Of a stretch of 18,635 nucleotides of DNA, positions 1 through 7,926 are shown in pieces. The notes under the pieces are model-generated. The model was not told where the DNA came from. It saw only the letters and a program-made list of their open reading frames with translations, and searched no databases. Origin of the DNA: Candidatus Heimdallarchaeota archaeon (GTDB lineage Archaea > Asgardarchaeota > Wukongarchaeia > Wukongarchaeales > JBHIFL01); the NCBI GenBank assembly GCA_046761065.1, contig JBHIFL010000078.1, positions 1-18,635 of the forward strand, given 5' to 3'. Within the stretch, counting starts at the first letter, position 1, and every line of letters begins with the position of its first letter. Position numbers and translations under genes: made by a program.

Positions 1-525
1 TAAATTTCCTAGATCTGTGGTTTCATCGATTTTCCCTAAAAAGTCCTATTCAATCCTTCTGATTTGGGCCTTTTCTTTCGATGACAATCCCCTTAAAGTA
101 AGAATACCCTTTCTTCGGTGCAGTTCCGGATACTGAAGCCATAATGACAGTTCACTTAGCTTAATATTAAGCGAGCAGGTTTGGACTAGAGAAGAAAATC
201 GTTTTTCAACATATTTGCCTCTCCCCCCTTGACTGTGTTGGTAATAAGAGGTTACCCCTAATAAGGCTTCATAGTAATGTTTCAAATCCTCAGAAATACT
301 TTCTAAGCCATCAAAAACTTTGGAAACTGGATCAAAGTTCTTAACTTTTGGGTTCAGAGAGAGTTCAACAAAATTGGCAAGAATATTCTTGTACGGCTCA
401 TACAATAGCTTATGTCCTAAATCAAGGGATTCTTTGTTTCTGAGACAAAGTATATTTCTTTTTCTCGAAGTTTTGCCTTTGTTTGACGGTTTTTTACGGT
501 TTTTCGCAGATGATGATGCTTTCAC
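1..525 (-). pseudogene. Putative restriction endonuclease-like gene interrupted by a nonsense codon; continues beyond the window edge
   Basis: ORF 46..525 stops at TAG (46-48), but the frame stays open to position 1 (RRIE*DFLGKIDETTDLGNL), consistent with TGG>TAG. It lies directly downstream of a methyltransferase remnant. The REase identity is inferred from context, and the true start is uncertain. Confidence 0.5.
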
Positions 526-695
526 CTCGAATCGCCCGGTTTCTTGCTCCTAGCAAGGGATTAAAAATCAATTTATCAAACTCAAACCCGGCTTCTTCGC
601 AAAAGGTCTTCGTCATCATAGTGGTAGGAATTTTTTCCCCGCCCACCGTACTATCGCCCATGATTGATAATGGCAAGTTTTCCTCCGGGGGGGTC
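494..695 (-). pseudogene. C-terminal remnant of an amino-DNA methyltransferase
   Basis: Reads PGGKLAII, then after a 4-bp duplication (TGATTGAT, 661-668) MGDSTVGGEKIPT...EEAGFEF...ESIIICEKP*. This resembles the (LK)PGG..I.GDS..G..IP...GF...E.I C-terminus of N4C/N6A MTases. No N-terminal part is recognisable. Confidence 0.65.
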
Positions 696-1005
696 CATAC
701 GACGTCCGGAAATCGTGCTCCCTGGAGATCTTCCTTACTCTGAGATTCCGGGGGATGCGTCCAAAACCAAGCGATGATTTGGGCGATGCCACGTGCAGTC
801 GATCTTTGAACAGGACAGAGTGGCTGTTATAAACCCCTACGTGCAGTAGTTGTGTGCACAACATCATGCCGCAAAGGCGCACCCAGACGATCCCGAATAC
901 AGCTCTTGCAAGAACCGGATGTCCGGACTTCAGCTACGCAATATACCAACGGAAGTTGGTGTTGGAATGATCTCCAGCCACTTTTGGATCAGGGAGGTCT
1001 TCAAG

Positions 1006-1031
1006 CGGTGAAAAGCTTCCCGGTGAAAAGC
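1006..1031. repeat. 11-bp direct repeat CGGTGAAAAGC x2 with a 4-bp spacer
   Basis: CGGTGAAAAGC-TTCC-CGGTGAAAAGC seen directly; function unknown. Confidence 0.8.
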
Positions 1032-1297
1032 AGCAAGAGTGCCTTTTGCACCCCTAAGATGGTTCAGATCTCGAAAGCGTCGCCATCCTCAGTGAAGCAT
1101 GCTAGCAGGTTGTGAAGGTCTATGAGATGCAAACCGCGGTGGATCTCGCCTCGCAAAAGAGACGCCCAAGCAGTGTGATCCAGCTTGCGCTTTGCAGGAT
1201 GCATCTCGGTCGCAGATCTACGAGTATACCGTTCTTTGAGATAGCTTAAATAAAACTTATTCGCAGCTTATTGACAAATATCCTGACCCCGTTCCCT

Positions 1298-1678
1298 TCA
1301 AATCCATTTGATCTGCAACCCCGGAATCAACTCATAATGAGGATCGTCTGAAACTACAATTTTCTCTTTGCTAAGTGCAGTCGCCCCAATTAGACTATCG
1401 GCTGTTGGTAATTTTTTGTGTATTCTTAATCGGGCTGCCGATAAGGCAATCTCTACCGACACCTCCACGATGGTATACGTTGATTGGAGAAGTCGTACTC
1501 GGTGTTCTGCAACTGCTTTCCCCTCCGTTTCCGCGAACATCTTGTACAATTCATGGAGGGTAATTACTGAAACAAATGAGCGAATTTTTGCAAGATCCTT
1601 TAGTTTCCTTAATTGCTGGGGGTCCTTTTGTCCAAATAACTCTACAAAGAAGCGGGTATCTAATGTGGGGAATGGCAT
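1298..1678 (-). CDS. vapC: PIN-domain ribonuclease toxin (VapC family)
   Basis: 126 aa with the PIN acidic pattern LDT...SVITLHEL...LPTADSLIGATA...VVSDDPHY; starts 4 bp after the antitoxin stop. Confidence 0.93.
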   Translation of the reverse strand: MPFPTLDTRFFVELFGQKDPQQLRKLKDLAKIRSFVSVITLHELYKMFAETEGKAVAEHRVRLLQSTYTIVEVSVEIALSAARLRIHKKLPTADSLIGATALSKEKIVVSDDPHYELIPGLQIKWI

Positions 1679-1682
1679 TTGT

Positions 1683-1904
1683 TCATACCCAGCTTTCCCG
1701 CTCTTTGTCCAGCTTTGCTTTTAATTCTTTCACCGAATACGTCCCAGTGCCCGCTTCCCGTTCGATCCAATCCGGAAGTGTTAATTTAAGGCCATCACCT
1801 ACATCTTCTATGAACAGGATGGTACCTTCTTTGATTCCATATTTCTTCCTTAGTTCCGCAGGAATGGTCATCTGCCCATTTCGGGTCACTTTTATCGTCA
1901 ACAT
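1683..1904 (-). CDS. vapB: AbrB/MazE/SpoVT-family antitoxin
   Basis: 73 aa with the AbrB signature KVTRNGQMTIPAELRKKYGIKEG, immediately upstream of the PIN toxin. Confidence 0.93.
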   Translation of the reverse strand: MLTIKVTRNGQMTIPAELRKKYGIKEGTILFIEDVGDGLKLTLPDWIEREAGTGTYSVKELKAKLDKERESWV

Positions 1905-2416
1905 TTTTTTTCTACTAAATATCAGATTTACAAAATTAAAAGATTACTAAGTCGTAGCCGAGAAGGCGATTCCATTTTTGGTGCCGTATAATATTTGGAC
2001 TAACAATGTACCAAAAATCGGGCAAGGTCTGCCATAAGCTTGGAAGATCTTGGTTAGTGTTTGTTCCTTCTTGCTCTGGGGGCACCTCCGCCGTCCTGCA
2101 GCATTGGTTGGCCCTGTCAAAACATGCTTTACACATCCATCAGAAGCAGTTTACAAACGGAACTCGCCCATCCGAAGCACAACAGAGATGAACGACAGAG
2201 TCGGATCTGAACCAAAATGATCGCCTTAAAAGACCTATTAGCCCATGGGCACGAGCCCAAAAGAGGAGGTAAGGGGGAGTTCAAGTATACAATCACACTA
2301 TATACCGGGTTGGCCAATTGTATGACAAAAAGTGCTTGGGTCTGAGGAGAACATGAAGACAGAAGGCTTTATTTTTATCAAAAAAAGCTATTTGAACATA
2401 TATAATTCTTTTTCAT

Positions 2417-2901
2417 ATGGATTAAAGTAAAATCGAACTGGAAGGCGAAAGCTTGCAGCTCAGGGAGTTATATCAGTCCTAAACCAGCATTACCCCGTTC
2501 TTGATCTCCTATGCCGAGACCTGGGAACTCTGGCTTAAACCGAATAAACCCTCTTCAGAACTGTTCGAATTGGCTATTGGGACGATCCTAGTACAAAATA
2601 CGAATTGGCGGAATGTGAACCGTGCTGTCGCGAATTTAAAACACGCCGGAGTCACTTCCTTTGACCAGTTACAACAGATAGATCCAGAGCGGCTTAAAGC
2701 ACTGATAAAACCTTCAGGGTTTCTTACCCAAAAAGCTAGCTCTCTTCGAGCGCTTAGTAATCTTCTCTTGACTCAACAAGCGCGAGGGACTCCACCCTCC
2801 CGACAACAATTGCTTGCAGAGGAATTGGAGAAGAAACCGCGGATTCTATCCTGGTGTATTGCTTCCACCGCCCCGTGGCCGTCAAGGTCTTTCAGACTTG
2901 A
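2417..2901 (+). pseudogene. Endonuclease III-related HhH-GPD DNA glycosylase, multiply disrupted
   Basis: The core FELAIGTILVQNTNWRNV...LIKPSGF..QKA is in ORF 2501..2929. The HhH motif GIGEETADSILVY(CFHRP) is in another frame from 2821 (frameshift at ~2819-2820) and is truncated at TGA 2899-2901. The N-terminus (ATG 2417, in-frame TAA 2423-2425, LRELYQ / LNQHYP) is split over other frames. Confidence 0.88.
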
Positions 2902-3474
2902 TACTGTTGTCAAGACTTGGTTTAACTGAAATAGCGTATACCAGAATAAGAAGTGATGGAAAGGGAAGAAATACTAACGAGATCTAGAAGCTAATTGCTA
3001 CTTCAAGAAGATTTGATCTATATTTGACCTCATTTGGTCATGAATATATCGCAAAGCTCAAAGCTGATAATAAAAAGAATGAGGGAAATCTCATAGACGA
3101 TGGTTTATTATGAAAGATTTTTAGAAAACAGATAGGAGAAAAAGAGAAGTTATGCTTTATCGAAAGAGCTTTATTCATTAAAATTAACTCTATTGGTTCA
3201 CTGGAAATAGAATGGCGTTCCACGTTAATTGAATTTCCTTTTAAAAAGTGAAATTTTGATTCAAAAGGCGCATTTTTGCCTCACCCATTCAAATGGTACA
3301 TCAGAGAGAGAATCCAGAAGAAAAAAACCCACTTCTGACCGGACTCGTGATTTCAGCAACTAAGGTCTCCTTTCCTGTAATACCTAAAAAATCACTATCT
3401 ACTTTAGCACCTAAATTATACAGTTCCGCCATTTTCCCTCCTATTTATTCCTCAGTTGAAAAGATGGAATTCTT

Positions 3475-4134
3475 TTAATGAAAGAACGAAACCAGAGCTA
3501 AACCCACAATCGATGCCAAGATAAGAAATAAAAGTGGAGTTACAAATTTATAGGTTATTCTAGTAAGCACATTAACATTTTCAGATAGTTGTCTTATAGA
3601 TTCCGACATTTCGGATAGGGTTTGAGTTTCAAGTGTTCGTAGATAATCTTTATCAACTCGGGGAATTAATCCCGCTTTTAGTTCAGTACCAGTTATAAAA
3701 CCTTCAGAGGCAGGAACAGTTAGACCGTAAAAATCAATGGTGCAAATTGGGCTTTGATAGTCCAATGTTATATTTCTCGGAGATGCATTATACATTCCTA
3801 AAATAAGATATCCGTCCCATCCAGGATCAATTTGTAATCCAGCCAATAAAATTAAACCTTTTCTGATATAATAAGACTTCATTCCGATGTGACAAACAAT
3901 ATTGTTTGAAAGGGTTATTTTTTCGAGTGTTGTCAATAAAGCAAACTCACCAGCCTTGATGGTGAAACTGGATCTCTTTTCCAAATCTATTTCATTTTCC
4001 ATGCCACTAATTAACGCTCTCTTACCAATCCTTAAATCATAACTTGCTGGTTGTAAACTTTGTTCATTGAATGGGTCAATAATTATTGTCTTCTTCTCCA
4101 TTTCATTACGGATTTCAACATCCGAAAGTAACAT
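3475..4134 (-). CDS. dcd: dCTP deaminase/dUTPase-fold protein with C-terminal coiled segment and transmembrane helix
   Basis: MLLSD.EI, SLQPASYDLRIG and IDPGWDG motifs of the Dcd/archaeal dUTPase family. The C-terminus FVTPLLFLILASIVGLALVSFF is a hydrophobic stretch of about 20 aa. Confidence 0.85.
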   Translation of the reverse strand: MLLSDVEIRNEMEKKTIIIDPFNEQSLQPASYDLRIGKRALISGMENEIDLEKRSSFTIKAGEFALLTTLEKITLSNNIVCHIGMKSYYIRKGLILLAGLQIDPGWDGYLILGMYNASPRNITLDYQSPICTIDFYGLTVPASEGFITGTELKAGLIPRVDKDYLRTLETQTLSEMSESIRQLSENVNVLTRITYKFVTPLLFLILASIVGLALVSFFH

Positions 4135-4569
4135 GATAGAATCAAATCCCTTGATCTTTTTTATTTTTTATTTTAGCTATCTCATTGTGAATAGCTTTAA
4201 TATAAATTAATAAGCAGCTTTACTTTATCACTTTTTCGTACAGGTTAGTATAAGTAAAACTCCATCGACATAGCTTGGTTTTCTTTTTTTAGTGTACTCT
4301 CTTACTGTGGTATTCTTTTTTCGAATGATCATCTAAGGAACAGTATTTCATTGTCTATATAACTCCTATTTCTCTCAACATTAAAGCTTCTGTGAGGCCT
4401 CCTGTTTTATATAATTGAGGTATGGATGTGCTAATATGCCACAAAATACACACAATGCTCGCAACGTTTGGGTTCTGTAATCCGCGAGTACCTTCAAATA
4501 TTCTATTTAACGCACCTAGTTGAAAAAAGGCCTTCTTCTCTCCCTTTTTTAAATGAAAAGTCAAAGATA

Positions 4570-5427
4570 TTACATATCTTCTAACTCAAATTGAAGGGAA
4601 TACTTCTTGAATTCAGCTAACTTAGTTCCTTTTGAATCAATTATTTCTGCTCCAAATAGTATCTTAGGATCGAAACTAGAAGCCACGATAATCCCCCTCA
4701 CTTCACCATCTATTTTCTTATTTACAGCGCCTTTATAACTCACTAATTGCCCGAGAGCATCATATTTGGCTTCTCCAGCTTTGAATTCGATAACAACATA
4801 TTTACCGTCTTTATCCTTGCAAATGAGGTCGGGTATTCCCGCCCCATCAGGCAAGGCTTCTTCAGGATCAACGACTTGAATGCCTTCCTCTATTTTTCCC
4901 GGATACGCACTAAAGTATTTATGAAGATCAGACTCTTTGCTGACTTCGATTTCTTCTTTCCTTTCTCTTATGGATTTTGACCAATTTAAAACCGTTTCTA
5001 GGTCGGATTCTTCCAATTCCCCAATGTTGAATCCTTGGATACCACACTTCCCCATCATATTAGAAAGTTCTCCAGAATCCACTTTTTCTCTAATTACATC
5101 TAGAGGCATACCGGTAGATAGTTTCTTTTTTTCACTTAGGTGCAGTATTGCCCTTTCGGGGACATCACTGAATTCTATCTTCTTTATTGTGAAAACGTGG
5201 CTCACCTGTTTTGGATAAGGATTAACATTTCCAGTGCAGTAAACAAGAACTTTATCTTCTTCTCGAATTTTTTCCCATAAATCTTTTTGATCCCTCCGAT
5301 CTTTCCAGTTATAATGTATGTATACTCCTTCTCCAATCGGTTCTTGCCACCATTGCTTTGCTTTTGTCTCTTTATGGAAACTTTCTCCACCACTCACCTG
5401 AATTAGAAAAACAGCCATATAATACAC
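4570..5427 (-). CDS. EVE/PUA-like domain fused to a NucS/Mrr-like PD-(D/E)XK endonuclease (likely modification-dependent restriction)
   Basis: The C-terminal domain has ESDL..Y, PDLICKDKDGKYVVIEFK, ALGQLVSY and VRGIIVA (NucS C-terminal type). The N-terminal aromatic domain has KIREEDKVLVY (EVE-like). The real start may be ATG at 5418. Confidence 0.8.
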   Translation of the reverse strand: MYYMAVFLIQVSGGESFHKETKAKQWWQEPIGEGVYIHYNWKDRRDQKDLWEKIREEDKVLVYCTGNVNPYPKQVSHVFTIKKIEFSDVPERAILHLSEKKKLSTGMPLDVIREKVDSGELSNMMGKCGIQGFNIGELEESDLETVLNWSKSIRERKEEIEVSKESDLHKYFSAYPGKIEEGIQVVDPEEALPDGAGIPDLICKDKDGKYVVIEFKAGEAKYDALGQLVSYKGAVNKKIDGEVRGIIVASSFDPKILFGAEIIDSKGTKLAEFKKYSLQFELEDM

Positions 5428-5450
5428 CGTGCAGTATATTCAACATTCAT

Positions 5451-5460
5451 TTAAATAAAA
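5451..5460 (-). promoter_or_regulatory. Putative archaeal TATA box for the EVE-nuclease gene
   Basis: TTTTATTTAA on the minus strand, about 30 bp upstream of the start codons at 5418/5427. Confidence 0.4.
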
Positions 5461-5673
5461 ATTTTACACCTCTCAAAGTTTTTACCTCTTAAAATCAGTT
5501 TAATCTTCTATTATTCTTTATAATTAAAATAAACTTTATGAATAAGTCGTTTTTAATCGAATTATTTATAATTAAAAGCATTTCGTTCAATTAGTGGGAT
5601 TTCTGATGGAAAAACTCTTCATACTATTTGTACTTAGAGTTCTATTGGTATAATAGAGTCAAGCATTGATGCG

Positions 5674-6087
5674 GTGAAACACCAGATCGCGGCATTTCCC
5701 TATCTTCGAGGCCCGAAGCTCTCGAACTTCTACCTTCGAGCGATGGGCGAAAAAGACTTGTTCAAACTGACGAACCTGAAGGAACTGGACATCCCTGTGG
5801 ATATTCAGGTCGCCCAGTTCATCATCTATACGGGATGCCTGGAGTTAGTCAGAGGCGTATTAACAGGCTGCGTCCAGGAACCGCCCATTCGATTACTCAT
5901 CGAAGATATCTGGAGAGTAACCGCGAGATCCTTTGGAATTGCTCCCTGGAAATTGGATGAACCAATCTGGACGGTTGGTTCCAAGCTATGTGCAAAGAAA
6001 AACTGTAGATATTGTCCCGTGCAGGAATTCTGCAATCAAAATTTCGATGCTATATTGAAAAATAACAAACTGGCTTGGACTAGGTAA
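5674..6087 (+). pseudogene. 5'-truncated HhH-GPD glycosylase-like gene with C-terminal 4Fe-4S cluster motif
   Basis: FPYLRGPKLSNFYLR (HhH-like), DIPVDIQV (GPD-loop Asp) and C-x4-C-x2-C-x5-C (CAKKNCRYCPVQEFC). An in-frame TAG at 5635-5637 and an abrupt change to AT-rich DNA upstream indicate a lost N-terminal half. Confidence 0.7.
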
Positions 6088-6125
6088 AAAAGCATGCATT
6101 GCTCCTCAATTATATCGATTGCTAA

Positions 6126-6167
6126 TTTATAAACCCAAAAAGCGAAATTTCAAAATAAATTTTGAAA
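6126..6167 (+). promoter_or_regulatory. TATA-like box followed by an operator-like inverted repeat
   Basis: TTTATAAA (6126-6133), then the perfect 9-bp inverted repeat TTTCAAAAT-AA-ATTTTGAAA (6148-6167), upstream of the DUF6884-like gene. The AT-rich context lowers significance. Confidence 0.35.
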
Positions 6168-6334
6168 GATTGTCCATTTGAGTCAATACTAGAAAAAAGA
6201 AAAATACTCTGTAGCACTTGGATAACAACACCTTAGATACTATCATCTAGGAAAAATAAATTGTTGATTCGCACTCTAATCACTTGACAAGAATTATATT
6301 AACATAATTAACCCTAAATATTACTTGGATAGAA

Positions 6335-6790
6335 ATGAATACTCTCGTCGTTGTTCCCTGTGGAATATACAAGATTTGGAAGAAATATTCAAATGCAGGG
6401 CCTACGCCGGCCAAGAATGTATATAAAGGAGCGCCATTCAAAGTATACAAAGAATATGCCGAGACCTTCAGCGACCAATGGGTTATCCTCTCAGCAAAAT
6501 ATGGCTTCATCAACCCCGATTTCATTATTCCAGAAGATTACAACGTCTCATTTACCAATCCCTCTACTAACCCGATTTCTTTAAAAGAATTGATAATTCA
6601 AGTTAATACAAGGCTTAACAAATTCAATTGTGTAATAGCCTTAGGAGGAAAAACTTACACTGAGATTACCAGAAAAGCCTTTGAAGAAACAGGAATACCA
6701 ATAAAAACTCCTACAATAGGCCTTACCATAGACTTTGCCATGGGTAAGGTAAAAAAGGCCACTAGGGAAGGTAGGCCTCTTGATTGCTGA
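6335..6790 (+). CDS. DUF6884-like protein (YaaA-related fold)
   Basis: VVVPCG..K, PAKNVYKG..F, WVILSAKYGFI.P..II..YN and ALGGKTY motifs, characteristic of DUF6884. Confidence 0.82.
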   Translation: MNTLVVVPCGIYKIWKKYSNAGPTPAKNVYKGAPFKVYKEYAETFSDQWVILSAKYGFINPDFIIPEDYNVSFTNPSTNPISLKELIIQVNTRLNKFNCVIALGGKTYTEITRKAFEETGIPIKTPTIGLTIDFAMGKVKKATREGRPLDC

Positions 6791-6923
6791 TACTAAAGTA
6801 GAATCTTTTGACGCTGAAAAAATAATTCGCTATAGTAACTGTGATCCTATGTACTAAAGTATTGAGGGTATTCAACCTACTAAAAATATAGAAGATGAAA
6901 AGAAGTTTTATAAGGAGGATTGC

Positions 6924-7781
6924 TTGTTGTATTTGCCTTCTACTAAAATCCCAATCGATGTACGGGCATGTCTTCACGGTAAAGATGAGTATTCGACCGT
7001 TATGCATATAGATTTCGAAAGTAATGTTTTACTGGAATTTATTGAACCCAATGAATCTACTTTCTGCCAAGGTGTAAAGGGAGGAGTGCTTATCGGACTT
7101 AAACCGGAAAGAGCAGAAATTATACAAAGTATTATGGTTGAACTTGAAGACGCCCTCTATGGGATTAAAAAAACACGTAAACAGTCATATTTTCCTCTAA
7201 GTTCTGAAAAAGTCCCTATCAATGTTCATTCCTATATCAATAGGAGAGGAAAGAGAACTTTCAATTACTTTCTGTTCTTTAAATCGCCAATTCTTGGTGA
7301 AATTGTAAGACCCGGTCAAAAAACATTTTCGGCGGGTAAAAACGATGGAATTTTTGTTGCAATGAAGAAGAGTATGATAGGACGCGCTGAACAATTTTTG
7401 AATAACATCAAAGACTTAATTGACACATCCGAATTTGCAAATGCAACTGACAATGTTGAACATATACTAAAGATCCATGGAGGTTCAGCTAGTTTCACAG
7501 AAATCTTGGATGAAACTCCTAGGAAATTATTCGAGAATATTGAAGATCCAGAGGATTTTCTGATATGCGTGTTACACTCAGATCCTCGATTCAAAATGAT
7601 TGGGGAGGATGGTTGGTGTTTAAAAGATCTGCCAAATTCATTGGTTCTTGAATACTATATTGATCGATATATCTCGACAAAAGATTATTCTACAGCAATG
7701 ACAATAATAGAACGGATTCCAGACGAGAACAAATCAGATAGAGTAAAAAAGTACGCAAAACTTTGTGAATGGAATCTTTAA
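6924..7781 (+). CDS. Hypothetical DNA-binding protein: tandem-duplicated N-terminal domain + winged helix (HARE-HTH-like) + conserved helical C-terminal tail
   Basis: TTG start preceded by AGGAGG. It has an internal repeat with an 88-aa offset and VLHSDPRFKMIGEDGWCL, which resembles the L..D.RF.....W.L wing of HARE-HTH/RNAP delta domains. Its tail is shared with ORF 8915..9814. Confidence 0.8.
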   Translation: MLYLPSTKIPIDVRACLHGKDEYSTVMHIDFESNVLLEFIEPNESTFCQGVKGGVLIGLKPERAEIIQSIMVELEDALYGIKKTRKQSYFPLSSEKVPINVHSYINRRGKRTFNYFLFFKSPILGEIVRPGQKTFSAGKNDGIFVAMKKSMIGRAEQFLNNIKDLIDTSEFANATDNVEHILKIHGGSASFTEILDETPRKLFENIEDPEDFLICVLHSDPRFKMIGEDGWCLKDLPNSLVLEYYIDRYISTKDYSTAMTIIERIPDENKSDRVKKYAKLCEWNL

Positions 7782-7926
7782 GTACGTTTATTCATATAGA
7801 TTGCGATAATAGGTAAAAGAAGAAATGAAATATGATTCTATTATGCTTTCAGTTTTTTAAATTCTATTTTTAGATTAATTAATGGTTAGTTATTTCATTT
7901 GTTGGCTCAATTATTACTATTAAAAG

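Noticed and set aside
46-48. Stop-codon recoding (TAG read-through)
   Set aside because: Other genes in the window end normally at TAG, and neighbouring genes are also decayed, so a nonsense mutation is the simpler explanation.
1100-1240. Radical SAM SPASM-like remnant (RGGSR...CDPAC in a plus frame)
   Set aside because: Too short, interrupted by stops and lacking the cysteine pattern; not supportable.
696-1255. RNase P RNA, group I or group II intron
   Set aside because: Only partial look-alikes are present (GAAGTCCGGAC on the minus strand, GAACCGGATG on the plus strand). There is no complete P4, P7 or domain V consensus.
4355-4564. 69-aa ORF downstream of the nuclease
   Set aside because: No recognisable motif and a non-ATG start; it may be a remnant but cannot be supported.
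2417-6087. The two HhH-GPD fragments as halves of one gene split by an insertion
   Set aside because: Both fragments contain their own HhH segment (GIGEETAD vs FPYLRGPK), so they overlap in domain position and come from different genes.
6284-6308. Bacterial sigma70 promoter (TTGACA...CATAAT)
   Set aside because: The spacing is about 13 bp rather than 16-18 bp, and the region otherwise looks archaeal.
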